Shown here: positions 29,043-38,493 of the stretch, one piece after another
Layout of the letters: every line of letters begins with the position of its first letter
Numbering within the stretch: the stretch's first letter is position 1
IMG/VR virus record: IMGVR_UViG_3300043449_001497
Coordinates: 1-64,000 of that record
Direction: 5' to 3' (one strand)
Source: a virus
Length of the DNA stretch: 64,000 bases
The notes under the pieces: generated by a model
What the model saw: the letters and a program-made list of their open reading frames with translations, nothing else
What the model was told of the DNA's origin: nothing
The model's database searches: none
Made by a program: the position numbers and the translations under genes

Positions 29043-29332
29043 CCGTGAACGAAGGTTGTCCCATCTGCCAAGGCCGATGCTGCGAGTACGGCCTTGACGA
29101 CTACCGGGGCGCACACCGGAGCGAAGCCTTCCACACCTGCCCCTACTGCACGAACGGGACGAAGCCGACCGTGTGGACTGCCGAACAAGAGCGCGCCGCC
29201 GTCGTGGCGTACCTGCGTGACTGTGCTCACAGGGATGCGTACCGAAACCACAACCGCAACCGCGCCGAAGCGTTGTGGGACGCTGCGAACATCGTAGAGA
29301 GCGGCGAGCACCGCCGCGAGGAGGAGAAGTGA
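29039..29332 (+). CDS. Array mini-gene 4, Zn-ribbon
   Basis: CPIC...CPYC, then ERAAVVAYLR...GEHRREE. Confidence 0.7.
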   Translation: MTVNEGCPICQGRCCEYGLDDYRGAHRSEAFHTCPYCTNGTKPTVWTAEQERAAVVAYLRDCAHRDAYRNHNRNRAEALWDAANIVESGEHRREEEK

Positions 29333-29658
29333 GTGCGTATGGATACTGCCCCCGTTGCGGGGGTCTTGGAATGAGCCGCGAACGTCGGCAAAACGGCAAC
29401 GACCGTTGCGAGAACGGGCATGGCTACCCGTCCGTGTCTGCCGTCGCTAACCCCCTGCTGCCCGTGTCTGCCGACATCACCGCGCTCGTCGCGGAGGAGG
29501 AGCGTCTGCGCGAGGAAGGGGGCAGGGAGGAGCGCAAGGCGACGGTGGCGTGGTTGCGCGACGCCGCAGATACGCCCGACAATCACGCACGGAGCCTCCT
29601 GCTTCGTATCGTTGATGGTCTTGAACGCGGCGAGCACCGCCGCGAGGAGGAGCGATGA
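29329..29658 (+). CDS. Array mini-gene 5, Zn-finger
   Basis: CPRC...CENGH, then ERKATVAWLR...GEHRREE. Confidence 0.7.
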   Translation: MSAYGYCPRCGGLGMSRERRQNGNDRCENGHGYPSVSAVANPLLPVSADITALVAEEERLREEGGREERKATVAWLRDAADTPDNHARSLLLRIVDGLERGEHRREEER

Positions 29659-29891
29659 ACGTGTGGGCGGCAACCTTCGCGCTGTTGGCGTGCGGGCTTG
29701 TGGCGTGGGTCTGGTGGACGGTCAAGCTCGACACGCAGCGCATGATCGAGGACTTCCAGCGCATGTTTCCGGGACGCTGCGCGGTATGCGCGTTCCACCG
29801 CTGTGGCGTGATGGAGGGGCACGCGCGCGGCCCCGTTGAACCGCACAACTGCATCGAACGCGGAGACCACCACCGCGAGGAGGAGCCATGA
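29655..29891 (+). CDS. Array mini-gene 6, TM segment plus Cys/His
   Basis: N-terminal hydrophobic helix; ends in IERGDHHREEEP. Confidence 0.65.
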   Translation: MNVWAATFALLACGLVAWVWWTVKLDTQRMIEDFQRMFPGRCAVCAFHRCGVMEGHARGPVEPHNCIERGDHHREEEP

Positions 29892-30223
29892 CCGAGGAAC
29901 AGATCGAGCTCGGGCGGCGCGCCGTGGCGTGCAAGGGCTGGAGGTGGATGGACGGTATGCTGACGGATGAGGGATGGCGTGTGCGTCCGTCGGATCTCCC
30001 GCTCGGATGCGTTGCGCTCCCCGACCTCACCGACCCCGCCACGCTGGGGTGCCTGCTCGCGCTGGTGCGTGAGGCGCACGGGCAGACGACGCTGTCTCCC
30101 GTGTCTCGCGGGCGGCGTCTATGGTGCCTCGCGGACTTCGGTACGACGGCGTTGCAAGGGGAAACAGAAGCCGAACTGCTCGTCGCCGCGCTGGAGGCTG
30201 CGCCATGCACGACAACACCGTAA
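29888..30223 (+). CDS. Phage hypothetical protein
   Basis: 'PDLTDPATLGCLLALVREA' motif; ATGA coupling. Confidence 0.65.
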   Translation: MTEEQIELGRRAVACKGWRWMDGMLTDEGWRVRPSDLPLGCVALPDLTDPATLGCLLALVREAHGQTTLSPVSRGRRLWCLADFGTTALQGETEAELLVAALEAAPCTTTP

Positions 30224-30396
30224 GCGCGATCTTCTTCGGGTTCGTTGTCCTCTTCCTCATCGGCCTCGGCATCTGGGCGGGGTCGAGTTCGTACCACAAG
30301 GACACCTTCAAGTGTACGAACGCTTGCGCCGGGGCGCACAGCATCGAGTTCAACAACGACTGCTACTGCCAGTTGGAGCCTCGTCATGAACCGTGA
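30205..30396 (+). CDS. Small membrane protein
   Basis: GGAGG RBS, TM helix, Cys-rich tail. Confidence 0.5.
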   Translation: MHDNTVSAIFFGFVVLFLIGLGIWAGSSSYHKDTFKCTNACAGAHSIEFNNDCYCQLEPRHEP

Positions 30397-31231
30397 AGAA
30401 CTGCTGGCCAAGCACGGCCAGCCTGTCCAGGTGCTCGACCACGGTCACGTTCGCCTCGTCGACGTGATGGGCGACGACGAGCGCGTGGAACAGGTCGCTC
30501 GACTTTCCTACCAGCAGGGAACCCGCAAGGTGTCCGAAACCCGGAGCTTGCTGCGTTACCTCATCAGGCACCGCCACACGTCTCCGCTGGAACAGGCCGT
30601 CATCACGCTCGACATGAAGATGCCGATCTTCGTGGCGAGGCAGCTGGTGCGCCACAGGACGCAGAGCATCAACGAGCTGAGCGGTCGGTACTCCGAGATG
30701 CCGGAGGAGTTCTACGTCCCGGACGAGTTCTACTCGCAGTCGACGACGAACAAGCAGGGCCGGGGCGAAGAGCTGGACCCACGCGTCTCGGTGTACTCGC
30801 GCCAGGACGCGCGCCAGTGTGCGGAGAACGCCTTCGACGCCTACCGAGAGATGCGCGCACGCAACGTCGCCAGGGAGACGGCTCGCATGGTCCTGCCTCT
30901 CTCGACGTACACGCAGTGGTGCACGACGATGAACCTGCACAACCTGCTCCACATGCTGGAGCTGCGCCTCGACCACCACGCCCAGTGGGAGTGCCGCATG
31001 TACGCGAATGCCATCGCGCTCATCGTGGCGGACTGGTGCCCCCTCATCTGGGAAGCGTTCATCGACTACCGCCTGGACGCGTGCACCTTCTCCCGTGAGG
31101 AGGTGAAGTACATCCGCGAGCGCATCGCGATGGACGGGCTGGACCTGCCCAACGACGACGATCTGACCGCGAAGACGAACCTCTCCTACCGCGAACGCGG
31201 GGAGTTCCTACTCAAGCTGGGGGTAATATGA
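30386..31231 (+). CDS. thyX: Flavin-dependent thymidylate synthase
   Basis: HTSPLEQ, RQLVRHR...NELSGRY, ETARMVLP and HAQWE motifs. Confidence 0.95.
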   Translation: MNREELLAKHGQPVQVLDHGHVRLVDVMGDDERVEQVARLSYQQGTRKVSETRSLLRYLIRHRHTSPLEQAVITLDMKMPIFVARQLVRHRTQSINELSGRYSEMPEEFYVPDEFYSQSTTNKQGRGEELDPRVSVYSRQDARQCAENAFDAYREMRARNVARETARMVLPLSTYTQWCTTMNLHNLLHMLELRLDHHAQWECRMYANAIALIVADWCPLIWEAFIDYRLDACTFSREEVKYIRERIAMDGLDLPNDDDLTAKTNLSYRERGEFLLKLGVI

Positions 31232-31374
31232 CGCCGAAGCCGTGGACGACGAAGGAGCTCGCCAAGCTCCATGAGATGAAGGCAGCTGGTGCCTCGCACG
31301 CCGAGGTCGCTGCCGCGCTGAACCGCACGCTGAAGTCGGTGAAGCACATGTACCTCAAGACGAAACCGGAATGA
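31228..31374 (+). CDS. Small HTH protein (GcrA N-terminal/Myb-like)
   Basis: Translated by eye: PWTTKELAKLHEMKAAGASHAEVAAALNRT. Confidence 0.55.
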   Translation: MTPKPWTTKELAKLHEMKAAGASHAEVAAALNRTLKSVKHMYLKTKPE

Positions 31375-31844
31375 AGACCAAGCACATCGAGGTCCGCATC
31401 GAGCAATGCATCGCCCTGGCCAAGCTGTCGCCGTGTCCGCGGCGGCAGTTCGGCGCCATGCTCATCGACCCGAAGACCAACTCCATCCTGGCAGACGGCT
31501 ACAACGGCACGTCCAGGGGCAGCCCGCATCCCCTGTGCGGCGGGCAGACCTGCGAGCGGGAGGGCATCGTCTCGGGCACCCGGCTCGAGCTTGGCTGCCA
31601 CCATGCCGAGAGCAACGCCCTGGCGAACGCCGCACGCCGCGGTGCCTCGACCGAGGGTGCGTGGCTCATCGTGTCGGGAGAGCCTTGTCTGATGTGCGCC
31701 AAGCAGCTATACCACGCTGGCATCGTCCGGGTATACTGCGTGAGAAACGGGTATGCCGGGGGCGGTGCAGGGCCAGACTTCTTGCTCTCGCAGAACGTCA
31801 GCCTCGTCTACATCAATGGACCCACAGACCCGAGACTCACATGA
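31371..31844 (+). CDS. dCMP deaminase
   Basis: C.RRQFGA, GYNG, HAESNA and PCLMC motifs. Confidence 0.92.
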   Translation: MKTKHIEVRIEQCIALAKLSPCPRRQFGAMLIDPKTNSILADGYNGTSRGSPHPLCGGQTCEREGIVSGTRLELGCHHAESNALANAARRGASTEGAWLIVSGEPCLMCAKQLYHAGIVRVYCVRNGYAGGGAGPDFLLSQNVSLVYINGPTDPRLT

Positions 31845-32284
31845 CCAGCCGCTGGTTCTTGGCGCACGCCAAGACGACTGAAGACGCCGACATCGATGCG
31901 TGGAAGGCGCAGCTCGAGGCCCGCATGGGCTACGACAGTGTCCCTGCCGAGGTGACCCCTGGGCGTGACGACTACAAGAAGCGCAGCCGTGCGCTCGGTG
32001 GTTGGCATGCCTGGTCCCGTGACGTGCCCGTCGCCGAGAACTGGGAGAGCGAGCCGCTCTTCCACGGCATCGTCGTGCCCGTCGGACACCTCGACGAGCC
32101 CAGCGTGGGCAGGGCAACCTCTGACCTCGTGACGGGGTTCCTGCGCCGGGGCAAGTACGCCTACGCCTGGGATGTTACGACGAGTGAGCTGGCCCGCATC
32201 GCTGACGTCCGCACCCTGGATAGCGACTCGTGGACCATGACGGCCACCCTTCTCCTGGAGCGCCAGCCTGTCCATGCCGCTTGA
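31841..32284 (+). CDS. Hypothetical protein
   Basis: ATGA coupling, codon bias. Confidence 0.6.
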   Translation: MTSRWFLAHAKTTEDADIDAWKAQLEARMGYDSVPAEVTPGRDDYKKRSRALGGWHAWSRDVPVAENWESEPLFHGIVVPVGHLDEPSVGRATSDLVTGFLRRGKYAYAWDVTTSELARIADVRTLDSDSWTMTATLLLERQPVHAA

Positions 32285-32555
32285 TATCGACGACCTTGAA
32301 CGCTGCGCCGAGAAGGCTGGCGTGTGGCGTGCTGCCATCCTCTCCCTGGTGGCGGAGGTCCGTGACCTGCGGATGGTGAAGGACGAGCATCAGATGGACA
32401 ACACGCACGCCTACGACGAAGGTGTGTGCGACGGCATCCTGATGGAGCGGCGCGGGGTCGTGGCGTACCTTCGCCGGATGGAGGAGGGCTACTACGACAT
32501 CCACATGACGGCAGGGTTCATCGAGAAGGGCGACCATCACGAGAGCTTGACGTGA
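32274..32555 (+). CDS. Degenerate member of the GEHRREE mini-gene family
   Basis: ERRGVVAYLR...IEKGDHHE. Confidence 0.6.
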   Translation: MPLDIDDLERCAEKAGVWRAAILSLVAEVRDLRMVKDEHQMDNTHAYDEGVCDGILMERRGVVAYLRRMEEGYYDIHMTAGFIEKGDHHESLT

Positions 32556-32833
32556 GCCTCGAGGGCTACGACATCCTCGAGGTAGACCGCCACCGCTGGA
32601 CCGTGGCGGGCTGGTGCACCTATGTCCGCATCCACCGGATGGACATGGCGACGATGGGCTACCGCGAGCTCTGGACCGTGGTGCAGCAGCTCTACCCAGG
32701 CAAGTGGGCCATCCAGTCCTTCCCGCCTGCGGACGCGCTCATCGACCAGGCGAACAAGTACCACATGCTCGTCTTCGACCAGGAGCCTGACGGCTTCGAC
32801 CTGTGGCCACCGAAGAAGCGACGCCACACTTGA
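32552..32833 (+). CDS. Phage hypothetical protein
   Basis: GTGA coupling; 'FPPADALIDQANKYH' pattern. Confidence 0.55.
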   Translation: MSLEGYDILEVDRHRWTVAGWCTYVRIHRMDMATMGYRELWTVVQQLYPGKWAIQSFPPADALIDQANKYHMLVFDQEPDGFDLWPPKKRRHT

Positions 32834-32885
32834 CACCGTGGTCATGGTACACTACATGTGGAGGGCAACCCCACAGGAGTGCATC

Positions 32886-34667
32886 ATGGCAAAGAAGACC
32901 ACGGCTCGTCCCTACGTCGAGCAGCTGACCACCAACCTCAAGTCCCCCGACGGCAAGTCCCGCACCGTCACCCTCGGCCCGAAGACGATCATCGTCGGCC
33001 CCAACGGCAGCGGCAAGAGCTCCGTCCAGCAGAGCCTCCAGCTCGCGCTGGTGGGTTCTGCCGACGACCTCTTCGGCCGCATGGGCGTGCGCGACAGTGG
33101 CCTGCTCATGAGCATGGTGAGCGACGACCGCCTCGCGGTGAACGCCAAGCTCAACACGGGCAGCGACTACACCTTCCTCGCGAAGGAAGGTGGCCGCCCC
33201 GTGCACGACAGTGGTACGACCGCCAGCCTCCCCCTGCACCAGGTCCGTGAGGTCCTCGAGGGCAGCCCCGCCACCGCTCGCAAGGCGTTCCTTGGCTGGG
33301 CCGCATCCGACGTCACCGCGAACGACGTGGCTGACCAGGTGCCCGCCATCTACCGCGCCAAGTACCGCGACATCGCGGATGCGATGGGCCGTGGGAAGAA
33401 CCCGGTCGACGCCCTGCTCACCGTCATCGAGTACGTCAGCAAGCGCCAGCGTGACGCGGCCAAGGAGGCCACGGGTGCCGAGACGCTGCTCACCAGCATG
33501 ACCGATGACCTCGAGCCCTGCCCCACCGAGGAGCAGATGAAGGAAGCCGCGGCCCATGCGCTGAGGGCGGCAGCCGCCGCACAGTCCGCGAAGCGCCTCT
33601 CCGATGATCGGCAGTCCATGCTCGCGCAGGTCATGCACATCCAGGCGCTGCTCGCGAAGCCCGAGGTCTCCCCGGTCGACCCGACCGAGGTGGACTTCTA
33701 CAAGGGCATGTCGTTCGCTGCGACGGTTGCCGTGGACCGCGGTCTCGAGTCGTGCCCCCTCTGCTCCAGCAACGTCGGAGCAGGGCACCTCGTCGCCTGC
33801 CGCAACTTCTACACCCAGGCGGCCAAGGAGCTCTCGACCCAGAGCGGCCCGGCCATCAACCGTCCGCTCCTGAAGCAGCAGCTCCAGGACATCAACACCC
33901 GGCTGGACCTCATCGGCCCCGTCGACCCTGACATGGTCGAGTGGACTGCGAAGAAGGCCGAGTCCGCGCAGGAGGAGAGCCTCCGGCTGCGCGTGCTGGC
34001 CGAGCGCTGGGGCAACCTCACCCGTGCGCGCGACACTGCGGCTGAGATGAGCCGCGAGAGCGAGACCTACAAGGGCATGAAGAAGGAACTCGAGATGGTC
34101 GTCGGCGGCCTGCTCAAGCGCGTGGCTGGCGGGTTCTGCGAGCGCGTCCAGGCGTACCTGCCCAAGGATTGGACCTTCAAGATGCAGCTCGAGGAGAACG
34201 GCAAGGAGGTCTTCCGCCTGGGTCTCATGCGCGACGGCAAGCTGCGCGCTGCTCTGTCCGGTGCCGAGTGGGCGACGGTGACCTGCGCCATCGCGATGGT
34301 CATCACCTCGACGCTCAAGCCCGAGCAGCCCGTGCTCGTCATGCCCGAGGACCGCGGCTGGGATGCCGTGACGCTGGGCAAGATCCTCAACTCCTGGTCG
34401 AGCTTCGACGGGCAGGTCGTCATCGGCACGACGACGAAGCCGAAGAAGGTCCCCGCTGGTTGGACGCTCATCGAGCTCTCGGTCAAGGCGGAGGTCGAGG
34501 TCGAAGCTGCACCTGTGGTCGAGGAGGCCGCGCCGTCTCCGCTCTCGACGACGCTGGTCACCATGCTGAAGACCCTCGGCTACCCGGAGGCGATGGTCCA
34601 GAACCTCACGGCTGAACAGGCCATTGACATCGTGCAGAACAACCGCGTCTTCCTGGGGGGTGAGTGA
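32886..34667 (+). CDS. Rad50/SbcC-like ABC ATPase with zinc hook
   Basis: GPNGSGKSS Walker A, coiled coils around CPLC, LSGAE signature. Confidence 0.85.
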   Translation: MAKKTTARPYVEQLTTNLKSPDGKSRTVTLGPKTIIVGPNGSGKSSVQQSLQLALVGSADDLFGRMGVRDSGLLMSMVSDDRLAVNAKLNTGSDYTFLAKEGGRPVHDSGTTASLPLHQVREVLEGSPATARKAFLGWAASDVTANDVADQVPAIYRAKYRDIADAMGRGKNPVDALLTVIEYVSKRQRDAAKEATGAETLLTSMTDDLEPCPTEEQMKEAAAHALRAAAAAQSAKRLSDDRQSMLAQVMHIQALLAKPEVSPVDPTEVDFYKGMSFAATVAVDRGLESCPLCSSNVGAGHLVACRNFYTQAAKELSTQSGPAINRPLLKQQLQDINTRLDLIGPVDPDMVEWTAKKAESAQEESLRLRVLAERWGNLTRARDTAAEMSRESETYKGMKKELEMVVGGLLKRVAGGFCERVQAYLPKDWTFKMQLEENGKEVFRLGLMRDGKLRAALSGAEWATVTCAIAMVITSTLKPEQPVLVMPEDRGWDAVTLGKILNSWSSFDGQVVIGTTTKPKKVPAGWTLIELSVKAEVEVEAAPVVEEAAPSPLSTTLVTMLKTLGYPEAMVQNLTAEQAIDIVQNNRVFLGGE

Positions 34668-34951
34668 TGGAGCCGTTCGTCTGGACGGAGGAGGACTACC
34701 TCCGCAACGAAGCTGAGACTGAGAACTGCATCGACCTCATCGAGGCCGTGCTCAAGGACCGCACGTTGAGCGACTGGGTGAAGAGCAACGAGGCGGCTCG
34801 CTACTCCCCTGACATCGCGGCGGGTATCCAGGCAGTCATCATCGCGGGCGTCGAGGCCAACCTCCAGCAGGCGCTCCTTGCGCTCCGCAACCTCGCGGCT
34901 CTGGCCGAGGAGGCGCGGGTCGCAGCCAGCAATGGCATGGTGGACAAGTGA
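34664..34951 (+). CDS. Hypothetical protein
   Basis: Coupled ORF. Confidence 0.55.
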   Translation: MMEPFVWTEEDYLRNEAETENCIDLIEAVLKDRTLSDWVKSNEAARYSPDIAAGIQAVIIAGVEANLQQALLALRNLAALAEEARVAASNGMVDK

Positions 34952-35763
34952 GGAAGCCAGGTGAGCATGGTCCTGCCTGGACCAGGAAGCGGTTCGATGC
35001 CGTGTGGAAGCGCGTGCGGTCCGGCGTACCTGTGAAGGTCGTCGCGGGCGAGAACGGCTGCACGACGTCGAACATCTACAAGCGCCTGCGGAAGGTCGGC
35101 TACGACCTCGAGAAGGAGGCGAAGAAGGACAGTCGGCTCGAGCTCCAGGCGTCGCGCATCTACACCCTGCGGAAGCAGGGCAAGGAGTTCGGCGCCATCG
35201 CCAAGGCGCTGGGCATGGAGCCGTCGGACGCCACGACGCGCAAGCTCTACATGCGCCTGGTGAACTACTGCAAGCGGGCAGGCGTGCCGTACCCCTACGC
35301 TCCGAAGAAGCGGAAGGGTCCGTCGCGCCGCATCACCGCGGGCTGGCGTCCGTCAGACGCAGATGTGCTGAGAGCCATCTCGGTTCTCAAATCACACGCA
35401 GCCCTGGGACGCCCGACCAGTAACACGGACTTGGCGAGCGCGCTAGGTGTTTCTCTTCGAGTGGCGATGGGTATCGCGTCGGTGCTTCGCAAGCGTCGCA
35501 TCGTTGGAGACGGACTCGTTCCATCCGTCGATGGAATAACTGCTGCACAAAACATGCAGTCGAGTTACTGTGCTGACCAGGTGCTCGCCCTCGTGGTGGA
35601 TGCTTGGCTCACGGGCAGGTCGTGCGAGACGTTAGGTTCGCTCGACGGCTCAATGGCGCTGGACTTCTGCCGCTCTTCCATCAACGTCGCCATCATCGCC
35701 TTGCGTGAGAAGGGTCTCATCCTTCCTCGAGGCCACCTCTACCTTCGACCGGAGTTCGCATGA
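34948..35763 (+). CDS. Multi-HTH DNA-binding protein
   Basis: Several HTH-like segments (VKVVAGENGCTTSNIYKRL; FGAIAKALGM; TDLASALGVS). Confidence 0.6.
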   Translation: MRKPGEHGPAWTRKRFDAVWKRVRSGVPVKVVAGENGCTTSNIYKRLRKVGYDLEKEAKKDSRLELQASRIYTLRKQGKEFGAIAKALGMEPSDATTRKLYMRLVNYCKRAGVPYPYAPKKRKGPSRRITAGWRPSDADVLRAISVLKSHAALGRPTSNTDLASALGVSLRVAMGIASVLRKRRIVGDGLVPSVDGITAAQNMQSSYCADQVLALVVDAWLTGRSCETLGSLDGSMALDFCRSSINVAIIALREKGLILPRGHLYLRPEFA

Positions 35764-37934
35764 CCGACCCCAACGACGACGGCGTCGACAGCTACAGTGA
35801 GGAGTTTCAGGCTGAGGACACCGTATCCACGGGCCTCGACCATCTCCGCACGCTGGTGAACCAGCTGGCGTCTGCCGAGAAGACCAACCACCTTGCAGCC
35901 TGGGCAGCCATCCAGCGGCCTGAAGCCCTCTCCGCCATCGCGGATGCGTGGGTGAAGGACGAGGCCCAGGTCTCTGCGCTGCTCGCTTCGGCGGAGACGA
36001 TGCCGGGCCAGGTCGTGCGTACCCGTGCGCTCCGCTCTGCGCTCAAGCGTCTCGTCGCAGAGCGTCGTCGTGCTGCGCTGGACCGGGTCATCGGTGTGGC
36101 CCAGGACCCGTCGCTGCCCTCGCTGGGCATGTGCCTGGGTGTCGGTGCCCCTCCGGCTGAGCTCATCGACCCCAACCTGCTGGACCAGCTGCGGGTCCCC
36201 CGCGGCTACGCCATCGACCCGACCGGGGTGTTCAAGCTCTCGGTTACCCAGGATGGCAGCGCCAGCAGCACGCGCATCGCCACGGCTCCCATCTTCATCG
36301 TGGGCCGGACGCACGACGTGCTCACCGGGACGGCGAAGCGACAGGTCATGTGGCGCACGCCCGCCGGGTGGACGACGCGAGCCATCGACCGTGGCATCGT
36401 GATGAACAGTCAGAAGCTGGTCGGGCTCTCCGACCTCGAGGTCCCGGTCACCAGCAACACGGCGAGCACCCTCGTCGAGTGGCTCTCTGAGTTCGAGGCG
36501 GAGAACATGCACCGCTTCCGTGCGTCCCAGGCAGCCAGCCGGATGGGCTGGATCAAGCAGGGCGCAGTGAAGGGGTTCCTCCTGCCTGACGGGTTCTACA
36601 CTCTCTCCCAGGAGATGTCCGAGGAGAGCAGCGTGGAGCTCATCCCGCCGACCGGGATGGAGAACGTGCTCGAGGGCTGGCGTCCTGGTGGGGAGTGGGA
36701 AGAGTGGTTGCGGGCGATGGAGATCATGCGCCCCTTCACCCCGATGTGGATTGCCCTGTACGCCAGCGCGGCTGCCCCGCTGCTGGACATCCTGGGTACG
36801 CCCAGCTTCATCGTGGACTTCAACGGTGAGACGAGCAGCGGGAAGACGACTGCGCTGCGCGCCGGGGCTTCGGTGTGGGGTCGTCCCGGCGACAACCACC
36901 CGACGGCGATGTACTCCTGGGACACAACCAAGGTCTATGTCGAGCGCATCTGCGGGTTCCTCTGCAACCTCCCGGTCATCCTCGACGAGACGAAGCGGGC
37001 GAAGGACCAGAAGACCGTGCGCGATGTCATCTACGACTTCGCCAACGGACAGGGCAAGGGTCGCGGCTCTCCGGACGGGACGCGCGTCACGGCCAGCTGG
37101 CGCAGCGTCATGCTCACCTCAGGTGAGGCAGCAGCGACCAGCTTCAGCCAGGACGGAGGCACCCGTGCGCGTGTGCTCTCCATCACGGGCAAGCCGATGG
37201 GCAACGACCCGAAGGCTGGAGGTCCGACGGCCGAAGAGCTCATCGCCCTGCTGACGGCGAACTACGGGCACCTCGGGCGCAAGATCATCCACTACCTTGC
37301 GAGCGTGGCGGACCAGCACGACCAGCTGCGGGACATCTGGAAGCAGACGAGGGAGCACTACGCGACCATCGCCCGCACCCCGGTGACCCGTCGTCACGCT
37401 GCCAACCTGGCAGCCTTGCACATCGCCGCGTCCATCATCCACGACCTGGGCGTCCCTCTCCCGGAAGAGGACCCGATGGGCTACTGCATCGAAGCCATCG
37501 GCCGTCTCGAGGAAGAGCACGACCGTCCGCTCGCTGCGCTCATCGAGACTGTGTCCTGGTGCAGCGCGAACCAGAACCGCTTCTGGGGTCGACACGAGGT
37601 CCGCACGGACATGAACTCGTCGAGGCCCGTCATCCCCGGCAAGGGTTGGGCTGGAGCGTGGGACCAGGACGAGGACTGGAAATACCTGGCCATCCTCCCC
37701 AACGTGCTCCGCGAGATCCTGGACCCCCAGGGCTTCCACGCTGACGAGATCATCGACCGCTGGGCGGAGCGCGGCTGGCTCATCGTGAGCGAGCGGCGCA
37801 GCCACAACAAGACCGTGAAGAGCAAGACCACGTCGGCACGCATCTACGGTGCACCGATGCGCGTGTACCTCATCAGTCGCTCCGCCGTCGACATCAACGT
37901 GGAGGCAGACGACCTCGAGGAAGACATCGAATGA
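35760..37934 (+). CDS. DUF927-family (Cch-like) replicative helicase/ATPase
   Basis: SRMGW, GETSSGKTT, VILDE, GQGKGRG, TSGE and NYGH motifs. Confidence 0.85.
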   Translation: MTDPNDDGVDSYSEEFQAEDTVSTGLDHLRTLVNQLASAEKTNHLAAWAAIQRPEALSAIADAWVKDEAQVSALLASAETMPGQVVRTRALRSALKRLVAERRRAALDRVIGVAQDPSLPSLGMCLGVGAPPAELIDPNLLDQLRVPRGYAIDPTGVFKLSVTQDGSASSTRIATAPIFIVGRTHDVLTGTAKRQVMWRTPAGWTTRAIDRGIVMNSQKLVGLSDLEVPVTSNTASTLVEWLSEFEAENMHRFRASQAASRMGWIKQGAVKGFLLPDGFYTLSQEMSEESSVELIPPTGMENVLEGWRPGGEWEEWLRAMEIMRPFTPMWIALYASAAAPLLDILGTPSFIVDFNGETSSGKTTALRAGASVWGRPGDNHPTAMYSWDTTKVYVERICGFLCNLPVILDETKRAKDQKTVRDVIYDFANGQGKGRGSPDGTRVTASWRSVMLTSGEAAATSFSQDGGTRARVLSITGKPMGNDPKAGGPTAEELIALLTANYGHLGRKIIHYLASVADQHDQLRDIWKQTREHYATIARTPVTRRHAANLAALHIAASIIHDLGVPLPEEDPMGYCIEAIGRLEEEHDRPLAALIETVSWCSANQNRFWGRHEVRTDMNSSRPVIPGKGWAGAWDQDEDWKYLAILPNVLREILDPQGFHADEIIDRWAERGWLIVSERRSHNKTVKSKTTSARIYGAPMRVYLISRSAVDINVEADDLEEDIE

Positions 37935-38461
37935 GCTCGACGCCTCCGAAGAAGGGGGATATGACAGCTAGCACAAGTGGGGAACTATGCCCTGCTGATG
38001 TCGCTTTGAAGAGGTTCCGCCTCTCACTGCGGCTCGGCCAGCTCTGCGGGTTCTGGAGTCGAGACGTCGAGGACGCCTTGACCCGGACTGCGGAGCTGGT
38101 CGCAGCGGGCTTCGATGTCCCTGGTCGCCTGGTCTACGAGTCGGTCGCCCTCCTCCGTGCGAACGGGGAGATGGGCGCGCTCCGCCTGGGCGGTCACCTG
38201 ATGAAGGCAGTGCGCGAGCAGCTCGAGGTCCCTGTCGTCCTCCGCGAGTTCCCGGAGGAGATGACCCCGCGCCTGGGGAAGAACGTCCACCTCTGCGCCT
38301 ACATCATCGAGCCGTTCGGCAAGCTCCGGTGCCGCAACCGCGGCACGTACAATGTGGCTGGCCGCCAGGGATGCTACTGCGACCTGCACGCTCGTCGCGT
38401 CATCAAGGCAGACTCCTGGAAGGCTGAGCTCAAGTCGAGGCGCGCGGCGAAGCGCAAGTAG
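37931..38461 (+). CDS. Hypothetical protein with a C-terminal Zn-finger
   Basis: C...C...YCDLH. Confidence 0.55.
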   Translation: MSSTPPKKGDMTASTSGELCPADVALKRFRLSLRLGQLCGFWSRDVEDALTRTAELVAAGFDVPGRLVYESVALLRANGEMGALRLGGHLMKAVREQLEVPVVLREFPEEMTPRLGKNVHLCAYIIEPFGKLRCRNRGTYNVAGRQGCYCDLHARRVIKADSWKAELKSRRAAKRK

Positions 38462-38493
38462 CGGAAGCGAGGGGCTGAGGTTACCGTCCTGGC

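Larger units (their letters stand above)
28562..29891 (+). repeat. Dispersed junction repeat GGCGAGCACCGCCGCGAGGAG(GAG), six copies
   Basis: Copies begin at 28562, 28774, 29013, 29303, 29629 and 29862; each is followed by an overlapping stop/start. Confidence 0.9.

Noticed and set aside
28562-29891. GEHRREE repeats as a CRISPR array
   Set aside because: Intervals are about 210-330 bp and are coding genes; the repeats are in frame and there is no cas operon
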